Assembly: GCF_006345805.1 (NCBI RefSeq) | Contig: NC_043012.1 | Coordinates: 48,856,001-48,920,000, forward strand | Origin: Octopus sinensis | Lineage: Eukaryota | DNA: 64,000 nt | Direction of reading: 5' to 3' | In this document: one piece after another, positions 27,591-39,717 of the stretch | Numbering within the stretch: position 1 is the stretch's first letter | How the letters are laid out: the number at the start of each line of letters is the position of its first letter | Notes under the pieces: generated by a model | Databases searched by the model: none | Told to the model about the DNA's origin: nothing | What the model saw: only the letters and a program-made list of their open reading frames with translations | Program-made: the position numbers and the translations under genes

Positions 27591-29350
27591 AAAAGTGATG
27601 TGGCATCTTATGTGTTTTGTGTGCGGGCATGCGTTCCTAAATTTGAGCTTTGAGTCTGTATGTGTATATGTGTGTATGTTTGTTTAAGTTTGAGTGTGTG
27701 TGATCGTGTATATGTAAATGTAGTTATGTTTATGACAAAATAAACTATGCATTTAAAATCACACACTAAGACAATCCTTACTGTTGGCGGTGGAGCCAGA
27801 TAATGTCAATAATGAGGTCATGAACTCCGGTCAAGATTTTTCACTGTAACAGGACGTCACCACCATAAAATAAATATTTAGGAATCTGTTGAGGAAGAAA
27901 GAAACAGGTCTTCTTTCCTTTTGTTGAAAGTTGGTTAAATAGCCTTTAATTTCACCCGTACGCTTTGCACAACTTATTTTATCAATTTAGGCAGCAGTTG
28001 CTGGAATGGTTGTAAGTATATTGAAGACTTGAAATATTACAAAAGCCTAAATACAGGTCGAATATGCTGAGATTAAAAAAAATAAATAAGTGAATATAAA
28101 TAAATTACAATGAACATACAGTATTATTGAACGAGTTATGTTGTTTATCAATATCTGGAACAACTACGGGAGATAACTCCAGGCATGTTTCTCCGTTAAC
28201 GAAAATTATCAGAAGGAAAGTAGCGTGCCCGTAAAATAGCTAAGATGTTTGGAGACAGATAACTACATAAATACAGAGAAGTGCATATTCACTGATGAAT
28301 TCTTTACAAACTGAGTAATTCTGAAACATCGCACTTAGTGATAAACGTGCGTATACACATTAACACACTCACATATACTAACACATACACACAGAGGCAC
28401 ATATTCACAGATACACACTCACGAACGATAGATAATATGCAAGTGCACGTTCGAAAGTTTTTATAACAAGGGGTATCGAAATTTTGATCTGGTATTATAA
28501 GCCCTAACATGCATACATACATACATACATACACACATACATGCATACATACACACTCAAACATATATACATATATATATATATATATAATTGGAAGAGA
28601 ATGCGTGGCGTTCAATCATACAATGATATAAATTATATATGTATATATGTTACAGAGAGAGTAAATTTATTACTATCATGTTCTTAAGAATGAAATCAAC
28701 CTCTCTGTCTATATAATTACCCTCTTTATAATGTTGGCAAACGAAATAGAGATAAGAATGTGCATTGTCCGTTTGATATATATATATATGGGTTTTTTTT
28801 AAAGGCCTTTATAGAAATTATTTACTCTTATTATTATATTACTATTTGGATTTTTCACTCCCTTATGACAACCCAATGGTTCCTAATCATACGGAACTAT
28901 TTTTGTAGTGCGCATGGCAAAATTTTGGAGGGAAGATTTATGAATTCAAACGTCTATGTAGGTTTAGCTTTTGCTCACTTTCTTCAAATATTTTGATGTC
29001 GCATGGTCAGAAGGTTTGAGGTACGTAGCATTTGATAAATCTATGACAAATCTTTTTCAATGGAAAGCTGTGCTGAAGAAGGATGTGAAATATATATGCA
29101 ATGTATATGAAATATATATCAAAAATATATATGAAATATATATTCAATATGTTTATAATCCAGAAACATGATGTTCACAGATAACCACCAGACTTCGTTT
29201 TCGTTATCTATTCCTTCTGTTTTGCATATGTGAATTACAGGGTTTGTCGTGCCCGGAGTCCAACTTTGATAGAAATAAGCATTCTTGACTGCTATTTCTA
29301 TTTTTCGGTATGCGGTCAAGCAACCTGTTGCCTGTCCCTTTTTCTTATAT

Positions 29351-29393
<43 letters not shown>

Positions 29394-29396
29394 TAT

Positions 29397-29519
<123 letters not shown>

Positions 29520-29689
29520 GGTGGCTGCCCCTCGTTATCGAGTATGCCCATTGCACGAAGCTTAATCAATGTTGTTATCGTGCAATGCATGTGCAAGAAG
29601 ATTTTTTTAAAGTGAGGAACGGGTGTGCACTGAGTCAAATTCACTCACTAAGCAACACCAGCCATAATCCGAAAAGAAGAACAAGTCAA

Positions 29690-30180
29690 CATCATCGGTA
29701 ACCACTGAGCCGCAGGTTTTATGTCGGAGTTATCCCAGTTACCTGAGTTACCTTCTCCTAGGAGGATGCCCTAACAAAGGCTAAGAGTCAACTCCCAATG
29801 GTTTAACCACGCGATCGAGTATTCAGTCCGATTATTTCTATGTCCCCGCGCATGATACAGCCTTAAGACATTTATTGAATGGCCGTTGACTCTCAAGAGT
29901 TCCTCCGCTCTTTGACGGGTTTTATTTTTCATACAGCAGGGTGTCCAATAAACACTCTCCTCACCAAGCAAGCATGGTGGGGTTGCCGGTTTAGTCGCCG
30001 ACGACCCGACCATACAACAGGTTGTACTGGGTTACATGTTACCAGTAGCACTCGAAAGTGACGACGAGCAGGACGTATGAGTCGACCATAGAAGCAACTC
30101 TGCTATATCCACAAATGGTCTGCATGAACAGGTAGGCCTACAACCGTTATGGATAAACGAGCAACGGCTTGTTGAGACCT
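29690..30180 (-). mobile_element. RTE-type 5'UTR fragment
   Basis: Minus strand GGCGACTAAACCGG...GTGAGGAG...TTGGACACCC...CTAGGAGAAGGTAACTC...AAACC. 30058-30180 is shared with 41141-41263, and the GGCGACTAAACCG block with ~42980-43030. Confidence 0.6.
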
Positions 30181-30786
30181 TATATATACATATACATATA
30201 CATATATATATGAGCTAAGTTCAGGAAGAATAGTGTTCAAACTTTTTGGTGGATCCAAAAAGAGAGAAAAGGTGATTTCTAATAAGGATTCATCATATTC
30301 ATGAAAATCAGCCAAAACAGGTAATAAGAATATGAAAATAATATTTAAGGAGATTCGTTATAGCTATATAAAAATATACCATAAACAAGTATAAAAAATG
30401 GAGAAAAGATGTTGAAACAGAAATAGATTTATTATAAAACTGGATTCAATGCATACGTACATTTCGAGAAACAATGCAAAAATGTAAGAAAAGGTTTAAA
30501 TCATAGTTATTAAAATTTTAATTGAAAGTAAAAAATTAAAATTAAAAATATAAATAAAAATAAAATTTAATGTCCTTCAAAAGATTCATCACTGAGGAAA
30601 ACGACAATGCTTAAATTAAATTTTAAATCTTATTTTTATTTTTATTCTTAATTAAATATCTCTTCATATTTTACTTGTTTATGGTATTTTGTTATATCTA
30701 TAACGAATCTCCTCAAAATAATAATATATATATATATATGCATATATACATACATATATGTACATACCTACACACACACACACACC

Positions 30787-30850
<64 letters not shown>

Positions 30851-30984
30851 AAAATAGTAAAGTGTGAAAAAACGACAGAAGGCTTAAATGTTAAAAAATA
30901 TATATATTGTGTCAAAATCTCTGGAGAATATTGGAAAAATTTTTTTTCCCTTTCCTTAAAATGACATAATTTTAAAATTTTTAA

Positions 30985-31023
30985 AAGAAATACCGGTTTC
31001 GCGTGTAGCTTTTCAAATTTCTT
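30985..31023 (-). ncRNA. Antisense copy of the same hammerhead in the left arm (1-nt deletion after the cleavage site)
   Basis: Reverse complement reads AAGAAATTTGAAAAGCTACACGCGAAACCGGTATTTCTT. Confidence 0.55.
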
Positions 31024-31322
31024 GTGACGTTATGTTTATATTGCATGGAATTATCGTTGTTTTTATTTCCAGGAGATTTCTAAATAAGGGGAGGTAGTGA
31101 GTGATTTTTTCCGGTGTAGGGGAGATAATCGCTTAAAAATTTTTTTTCCCTTTTCCTTGTTAATTTCTCTGTGTCAGTATGTTCGGATGGTTGAGTCTGG
31201 GTTTGTACTTTTCAATGAAGAATGTTTCCTTGTTCAGTCTCATTTGTTTGATGATCCGAAAGCACATTGGTAAAATGGGAAGATTAAAAATTGTGGCAGT
31301 AGTTGCTTTGCGTATTTCTCAA

Positions 31323-31531
31323 CAACAGATTGCATTCCCAGATATAGAATGATACCTTTTAGTGAGCACATTGAGAAATGCGCAAAGCAACTACTGCCAC
31401 AATTTTTAATCTTCCCATTTTACCAATGTGCTTTCGGATCATCACAACATGAGACTGAACAAGGAAACATTCTTCATTGAAAAGTTCAAACCCAGACTCA
31501 CCATCCGAACATACTGACACAGAGAAATTAA
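31323..31531 (+). pseudogene. C-terminal fragment of a PLE GIY-YIG endonuclease (frameshifted)
   Basis: Composite translation of the four arm copies: QQIAFPEYRMIPFSEHIEKCAKQLLPQFLIFPFYQCAFGSS..MRLNKETFFIEKFKPRLNHPNILTQRN*. The RL..E.FFI.KFKP.LN ending is typical of PLE GIY-YIG domains (recognised by pattern, no database search). Confidence 0.8.
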
Positions 31532-31665
31532 CAAGGAAAGGAAAAAAAATTTTTAAGCAATTATCTCCCCTACACCGGAAAAAATCACTCACTACCTCCC
31601 CTTATTTAGAAATCTCCTGGAAATAAAAACAACGATAATTCCATGCAATATAAACATAACGTCAC

Positions 31666-31705
31666 AAGAAATTTGAAAAGCTACACGCGAAACCGGTAAT
31701 TTCTT
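31666..31705 (+). ncRNA. Minimal type I hammerhead ribozyme, U3-A8 core variant
   Basis: AAGAAAT-TTGAAAA-GC TACAC GC-GAAA-CCGG-TA-ATTTCTT: 7-bp stem I, core UUGAAAA, 2-bp stem II, GAAA, palindromic stem III ACCGGU, GUA cleavage triplet. Confidence 0.7.
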
Positions 31706-31881
31706 TAAAAATTTTAAAATTATGTCATTTTAAGGAAAGGGAAAAAAAATTTTTCCAATATTCTCCAGACATTTTGACACAAATATATATATTTTTTACA
31801 TTTAAGCCTTCTGTCGTTTTTTCACACTTTACTATTTTCTTATATATTCACCCACGTGCTTTACAACAAACAACTTTCTTA

Positions 31882-31950
<69 letters not shown>

Positions 31951-31960
31951 ATAATATATA

Positions 31961-32988
31961 TAGTATAAGTGTGTAAAAAACGACAGAAGGCTTAATGTTA
32001 AAAAATATATATATTTGTGTCAAAATCTCTGGATAATATGGAAAAATTTTTTTTCCCTTTCCTTAAAATGACATAATTTTAAAATTTTTAAAAAATACGT
32101 TTCGCGTGTAGCTTTTCAAATTTCTTGTACGTTATGTTTATATTGCATGGAATTAATCCGTTGTTTTTATTTCCAGGAGATTTCTAAATAAGGGGAGGTA
32201 GTGAGTGATTTTTTCCGGTGTAGGGGAGATAATCGCTTAAAAATTTTTTTTCCTTTTCCTTGTTAATTTCTCTGTGTCAGTATGTTCGGATGGTTGAGTC
32301 CTGGGTTTGTACTTTTCAATGAAGAATGTTTCCTGTTCAGTCTCATTTGTGTTGATGATCCGAAAGCCCATTGGTAAAATGGGAAGATTAAAATTGTGGC
32401 AGTAGTTGCTTTGCCGTATTTCTCAACACAGATTGCATTCCCAGCAGAATATAGAATGATACCTTTTAGTGAGCACATTGAGAATTGCGCAAAGCAACTA
32501 CTGCCACAATTTTTAATCTTCCCATTTTACAATGTGCTTTCGGATCATCAAACAAATGAGACTGAACAAGGAAACATTCTTCATTGAAAAGTTCAAACCC
32601 AGACTCAACCATCCGAACATACTGACACAGAGAAATTAACAAGGAAAAGGGAAAAAAAATTTTTAAGCAATTAATCTCCCCTACACCGGAAAAAATCACT
32701 CACTACCTCCCCTTATTAAGAAATCTCCTGGAAATAAAAACAACGATAATTCCCATCAATATAAACATAACGTCACAAGAAATTTGAAAAGCTACACGCG
32801 AAACGGTAATTTCTTAAAAATTTTAAAATTATGTCATTTTAAGGAAAGGAAAAAAAATTTTTCCAATATTCTCCAGACATTTTGACACAATATATTTATT
32901 TTTTAACATTTAAGCCTTCTGTCGTTTTTTCACACTTTACTATTTTCTTATATATTCACCCACGTGCTTTACCAAACAAACTTTCTTA

Positions 32989-32990
<2 letters not shown>
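31961..32990 (+). mobile_element. Penelope-like fold-back remnant, unit 2 (tandem copy of unit 1)
   Basis: Same left arm/spacer/right arm/tail order as unit 1. Track ORF 32396..32587 shows QIAFPAEYRMIPFSEHIENCAKQLLPQFLIFPFY. The hammerhead copy at 32777-32815 lacks one C in stem III. Confidence 0.8.
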
Positions 32991-33036
<46 letters not shown>

Positions 33037-33070
33037 GATATATATATATACATATATATATATACATATA

Positions 33071-34122
33071 AGAATGAATGTTTTTATATATAATGAACGT
33101 GAAATACAGGAAGGGACGAACACGGAACACAGACAAATCATTCGAAGCCTTCAATCTTCAGTCAGACACCGAATCATCATAGCAAATTTCGGCTGTTCAA
33201 TTCTGATATTTGCTCCAACTCGGCCAGGCCCCAAGAAAAAAAACTAGCTGTAAGCATTAGATTTCTTGGTAGAAGACAGGAATGTGAACGCACAAGACGG
33301 ATGTAATACAAGAGACGAAAACGAAATTGAAAACAGTAATGAATAAACAAAATATATATAACGTGGTTGTCATACGACTTTAGACCAAATGAGACAAAAA
33401 CAACAACAACATAGCTGGCGTAGAAATAATTACCGTTTCGGTAGTGGGGACACATGTTGGTCGAGATACGATGGCCAACAGAATGGTTAAGAAGCAGCAG
33501 GTTGCAGGAGAGAGAGAGAAAGAGAGACAGAGAGAGAGGGAATCAAAGAGGGTGGAAGGCAGGGGACAGAATCAGTGACCAAGAGAAAAGGAGAAAGAAG
33601 GGATTAAGGAGGATGGGAGGAAGAGGGGAGGAGGATGGGAGGAAGACGGGGAAGAATCGGAGGGCGCCAAAATAGTTTGGTGAAGAAGCATTGGCGGGTA
33701 GGAAAGACAGTGTGTATAGAAGTCGTGCAGGGTTTAAAATTGGACAAACAAACGGGGGGGGGGTGCACGTAACGCCGCAATAATATAAGAATGAATGTTT
33801 TTATATATAATGAACGTGAAATACAGGAAGGGACGAACACGGAACACAGACAAATCATTCGAAGCCTTCAATCTTCAGTCAGACACCGAATCATCATAGC
33901 AAATTTCGGCTGTTCAATTCTGATATTGCTCCAACTCGGCCAGCCCCAAGAAAAAAAACTAAGCTGTAAGCATTAGATTTCTTGGTAGAAGACAGGAATG
34001 TGAACGCACAAGACGGATGTAAATACAAGAGACGAAAACGAAATTGAAAACAGTAATGAATAAACAAAATATATATAACGGTGGTTGTCATACGACTTTA
34101 GACCAAATGAGACAAAAACAAT
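33071..34122. repeat. ~340-bp direct repeat (33071-33410 and 33788-34122) flanking a ~375-bp purine-rich segment; possible PLE pLTR-type structure
   Basis: The two copies align throughout and differ by single-base indels. Flanked by (TA)n. Confidence 0.8.
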
Positions 34123-34132
34123 ATATATATAT

Positions 34133-34170
<38 letters not shown>

Positions 34171-34232
34171 CGAGAGAGAGAGAGAGATTGAGAGAGATAG
34201 AACCAGACAGAAAGGCAGATAAGTATATTGAT

Positions 34233-34266
<34 letters not shown>

Positions 34267-34722
34267 ATATATATATATACATATATATAAATATATATAT
34301 GTATATACATACATACATTCATAAATACATAAATACATAAATATATATATATATGTATATACATACATACATATATGTATATATATATATAGCACTCATG
34401 GATGCAAAATATTCTTTATATTCATACATACGTATATATTTTTGTAAATATAAGTTCCATGTATGTATATATAGGTGTGTGTGCAAGTATATATATTTAT
34501 ATATGCACTCAACGACATATGCATAATATTCTTAATTTTTGTCATATGGACACAAGAAAATATATGTCGTATATATGTGTGCGTGTGTCTTTGTGTGCAG
34601 GTGTACGTGCGTTTATATATATATAAATATATTTAAATACGCATATATATGTGGGTGTGTGTCTATCTGCGCCTGTGTGCTTGTAACATGTTCAGTAAAC
34701 ACACAGAAAGATATATATTGGA

Positions 34723-34762
<40 letters not shown>

Positions 34763-35373
34763 TATATATCTATGTATGTATATGTATAAATATACATACA
34801 TTCATACATTCGTTCATACATACACAAATCCATCCATACATACATGCACGAACACACACACACACACCACACACACACACACACACATGCGCACGCAGTT
34901 ACACACACGGACTTCGTAAAATTTCCCATGGGGACTTTCTACATGAGGAACATATTGCTAAGTGCATGTTATAATACTAGTGGTGGTGAGCCACAAATAA
35001 TTTTTAATTAACTGAAATTCCAGCCCTAATTAGAAAATAAAGAAGACGACGAAATAAGAGATTGCTGGAGTTAATGAAATTTTATCGTCGCAAATGGCAA
35101 GGGAGAGATCTCCAGGAATTTAATTCATTCAAAAAATATTTTTAATGGCGATATGCCGGGGTGATGGAGTAAATCTGAACTTTGGTAATTATGGTGACAT
35201 CAACGTACAGGTTTTAATCTTAGAGGAAGTCTTCGGAAACGTGTCGTCCGTTCAATGCCTGCAAAAATTTAGAGCTACTAAAAATAATCTTTTTCACTAT
35301 GAGTGCTGTATAGCTTCCATTATAGGCAGTATTTGATGGTTCCCTATTTTGTGTTGGGTAATTTTGGTAAGAG

Positions 35374-35865
35374 TGGAGGCGCGTGGCTTAGTGGTTATGG
35401 TGTTGAACTCATGATCACAAGGTTATGGTTTCGATTCCTGGACTAGGCGATGCGTTGTGTTCTTGCGCAAAACGTTGCTCCAGTCCACTCAGCTGGCAAA
35501 AAGGAGTAATCCTGCAACGGACCGGCGTCCCGTCCAGGTGGGGAATTTCTACGCCACTGAAAACGGGAAACCGGCCCTTCTGAGCTTGGCATGGCTTGAG
35601 AAAGAACATTGTGGAGGCGCGTGGCTTAGGGGTTAGGCTGTCAGCATCATAATCGTAAGATTGTGGTTACGATTCCTGGACCTGGCGACTCGTTGTGTTC
35701 TTGAGCAAAACACTTCATTTCACGTTGCTCCAGTCCACTCAGCTGGCAAAAATGAGTAACGCTGCGATGGACAGGCGTTCCGTCCAGCTAAGGGACACAT
35801 ACGCCATTGAAATCGGGAAACTGGGCATATGAGCCTGGCCAGGCTTTAAAAGGGCGCATTTATTT
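35374..35865 (+). mobile_element. Two adjacent family A SINEs (35374-35610 and 35612-35865)
   Basis: Both start TGGAGGCGCGTGGCTTAG and share A/B boxes and body with the 5.7-kb and 42.4-kb copies. Confidence 0.85.
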
Positions 35866-36204
35866 ATCATTTTTAATTTTGGTAAGAAGCTTGTTTCCTA
35901 ACCACATTGTTCCGGTTTCAGCTCCACTGCGTGACACCTTCTAACTATAACACTACAATCTTAGTACATTGAAAGATAGAGGCAATAGTCATGGTTGCAT
36001 TGCCGGTGGTTATACGTCTGCTCAGTCTAGGCTAGTACTTTGCAACATTTTCTCACTTGCGGTATACTTGTATTCTTTTCAAAATTCGGCAGCACACCTG
36101 AAATGAAAATATATCTAAAAGTATAGAGGACAAATATATATATTCGGTTTACACAACGGCACACCTAGAATCGTTTTGTGGAACACAAGTGTGCCGCAGC
36201 ATAC

Positions 36205-36434
36205 CTATTTCGTTACTACTCACAAGGGGCTAAACACAGAGAGGAGAAACAAGGACAGACACACGGATTAAGTCGATTACATCGACCCCAGTGCGTAACT
36301 GGTACTTAATTTATCGACCCCGAAAGGATGAAAGGCAAAGTCGACCCCGGCGGAATTTGAACTCAGAACGCAGCGGCGGACAAAAAAAACACAAAACATT
36401 TCGCCCGGCGTGCTAACGATTCTGCCAGCTCGCC
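36205..36434 (-). mobile_element. Family C SINE: head plus one unit, with TSD
   Basis: GCCGCAGCATACC at 36193-36205 and 36432-36444, partly overlapping the element ends. Confidence 0.85.
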
Positions 36435-37000
36435 GCAGCATACCGATCGAGGAGCACTGGGCTAGGCTAATCTAGTACTAAATTAAGTACAATAACAACA
36501 CACATGCATACACACACACGCATACATACACGCACGCACACACACACGCATACATACACGCACGTACACACGCGCGGATACATACACGCACGCACACACA
36601 CTTTCTACATACACTTAAAAAATATGCACAAACATATGCAAGCAAGTGCACGTCAGACTGCTTCATAAATATACATGTAGACGCATATGGGCATGTGTTT
36701 GTATGCATGTTTTTGTCGGTGATGTGTTTGTGATTGTATAGGTGTGTGTTTGTTAGTGGGCGTGTACACATCATATATTAACGGGGAGAAACAGCAGAGA
36801 GAGAGAGAGAGAGAGAGAAGGAGAAAGAGAAAGAGAGAGGGGGGAGAGGGTGGGGAGAAAGAGAGGGAGAGATACCAAGAGATTACTATTCTATATCTCA
36901 TTCTATATACATGTGTACATATGTGTGTATGTGTAGGTGTATGTACATCTGTACAAGCATGTGCGTACATATATACATATATATACATATATATACATAC

Positions 37001-37087
<87 letters not shown>

Positions 37088-37234
37088 TTAGTAGGTGAAT
37101 GAATTATCTCCTAATATGGAAAATTCGGTTAACAGATACCTGGGTAGCAAATTCACGTCAGAAAACACGGTTGAAGCTATATATCAAGGGTAGGAACACC
37201 GTGTTCTTGTGTGTAAATTTGTGTGTTTTTTTTT

Positions 37235-37935
37235 TATATGAATAAATGAAAGAATGGAGTTGAACAAATATTTTAACAAAATTCCTTTACTTTCGACACA
37301 TGTTTCGAAGACTGCATACTCTTAATTCTGAAGGAATAAAAGGTGCATTATGCCGTCTTCTCCTCAGGAAAGACAAGGAACCTCTATCAGTCTCAAGACG
37401 AACAAAACTTTTTGATGACTGCCTACATTGTGTCCACAGTGATAATGATTGTTTTTTAAAAATAATCCGTTATAAGCAATGACGTCAAAATTGGTTGGAA
37501 GGAGGAAGTACTAAAAATAGGAAGGGAACCGAAAGTATGCTGTATTAATGGGGATGCGCGGGTGTCTGCTTTCGTGAATGAGTGTTTGCTTTCATTAACG
37601 AAAGCAGACACCCGCGCATCCCCATTAATACAGCATACTTTCGGTTCCCTTCCTATTTTTAGTACTTCCTCCTTCCAACCAATTTTGACGTCATTGCTTA
37701 TAACGGATTATTTTTAAAAAAACAATCATTATCACTGTGGACACAATGTAGGCAGTCATCAAAAAGTTTTTGTTCGTCTTGAGACTGATAGAGGTTCCTT
37801 GTCTTTCCTGGGGAGAAGACGGCATAATGCACCTTTTATTCCTTCAGAATTAAGAGTATGCAGTCTTCGAAACATGTGTCGAAAGTAAAGGAATTTTGTT
37901 AAAATATTCGTTCAACTCCATTCTTTCATTTATTC

Positions 37936-37941
<6 letters not shown>
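37235..37941. repeat. ~700-bp near-perfect palindrome (arms ~345 bp, ~10-nt loop)
   Basis: The left arm starting ATATGAATAAATGAAAGAATGGAG is the reverse complement of the right arm ending CTCCATTCTTTCATTTATTCATAT, with only a few substitutions and an indel. Confidence 0.95.
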
Positions 37942-37966
<25 letters not shown>

Positions 37967-38055
37967 TATATTAATTATATATATTATTTGTTATTTGTTA
38001 TTTATATATACATATATACGTATATACATATATGCGTGTGTGTGTGTATGATTGT

Positions 38056-38238
38056 GTGTCTGTGTTCGTCCGTCACCACCGCTTGACAACCGATGTTGGT
38101 GTGTTCACGTCCACGTAACTTAGCGGTTCGGCAAAAGTACTAGGCTTACAGAGAATAAGTGCTGGGGTCGATTTGTTCGACTAAAGGCGGTGCTCCAGTA
38201 TGGCTGTAGCCAAATGACTTGAACAAATAAAAAGAGAA
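38056..38238 (+). mobile_element. Family B SINE 3' half
   Basis: CGCTTGACAACCGATG...GGGGTCGATTTGTTCGACTAAAGGCGGTGCTCCAG. Confidence 0.75.
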
Positions 38239-38296
38239 CATATATATATATATATATAAATCCTCAATCCTTATATATATATATATATATACATAT

Positions 38297-38384
<88 letters not shown>

Positions 38385-39345
38385 ATACATATGTATATAT
38401 ATATGCATATGTATATACATGTACATATATATATATACACATATATATACATATATCTGTGTGTGTATGTATGTATGTATGAAGGGTTGCGCAGGCAGAA
38501 CACACCAAAGAGAAAAAGTCAGACGAAAGCAGAGTAAACGGGAAACTGCTTTCGTCTAACTTTTTGTCTTTGTGTTCTGTCTCTGTTCAACCCTTGATAT
38601 ATCCATGTAGCGCAACACACACCCTGTTTGTTTACTTTATACATACATACACACACACATGTGTGTATGTATGTACGTTCTAAAATCTACACAGCCTTGG
38701 TTTTTTTTATCTCATTACGAAAAAAAATTATTTATATATATATATAATATATGCATGCATACACACACACAGTGTTTGTATGTACGAATGTGTCAATACA
38801 CATGTGTCCATGAATTGCGTGTATATGTGTGTGTATATGTGTGTGCGTGTGTATGTTTATATGTACATTATTTTTTGCAAGAAAAAACTGTTTATATCGT
38901 TTGATATCAGTAGTGACACAGATACCAGGTGTGAATACACAGTCAACAGGTCATGTGTCAGAGTTCACTAGGTCAACTCCCGGACCACACTTGATGTGGT
39001 GGTCCACTACATGACCTGCGTTTCATTATTCTCAATAAGAGAATGTACAAGAGTGGGAGAAAGGATTATATAGTAAAATGGAAAAGAGGTAATGTTAGGT
39101 ATTTGTGTATGTGTATGTGCGTGTGTGTGTGTGTGTGTGTGTGTTTGTGTGTGTGTGCCTATGAAAGTTTATGTATGTCTTGTAAGTCATTCTGTGTGCT
39201 CACCAATCTCTGTGTGATTGTAAAATTAGATTTATAGATACATGCATGCACACACAGATACTTATGAGTGTATGTACACATATTTATATTTACATACACA
39301 CATATTTATGTCGGCGTGTATGTACATATGATTGCTTCTTTGTAA

Positions 39346-39376
<31 letters not shown>

Positions 39377-39448
39377 CCTGTGCTTTGTTGCATATGTGTA
39401 TTAGTCCCTGTCCCTCTGCGTCGTGGCATAAAATAAAGTATCTTCATC

Positions 39449-39537
39449 AAAAACACAACATACAGCCCGGTCGAGGAATCGAACCCACTAGCTCATAATT
39501 GTGAACCCGACTCTTTAACCACTGAGCCATGTGCCTA
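39449..39537 (-). mobile_element. Family A SINE head fragment
   Basis: GGAATCGAAC...TTAACCACTGAGCCATGTGCCT matches the reverse tRNA-like head. Confidence 0.55.
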
Positions 39538-39717
39538 TATATTCTCGAGCAACACACTTTACTTTTGGCATACGTGTGTGTGTGTGGTGTGTGTGTGTGT
39601 GTGTGTACATGCGTGCTAAACTCAATGAACAACAAAAGAAGAAAAAAGACAGCACAAGAAGGTTTAGACCTAAAAACTGCTGTTAATAAATGATCACTTA
39701 AAATGAAGGGGAAGAGG

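Larger units (their letters stand above)
30842..31890 (+). mobile_element. Penelope-like element remnant with an inverted 3' end (fold-back), unit 1
   Basis: 30842-31322 is the reverse complement of 31371-31847 around a 48-bp spacer. The spacer plus right arm encode a GIY-YIG-type C-terminus followed by an AT-rich 3' region containing a hammerhead. Flanked by (TA)n and (CT)n. Confidence 0.85.

Noticed and set aside
35374-35450. SINE heads as genuine tRNA genes
   Set aside because: A/B boxes are present, but the acceptor and anticodon stems do not close and the heads run into SINE bodies.
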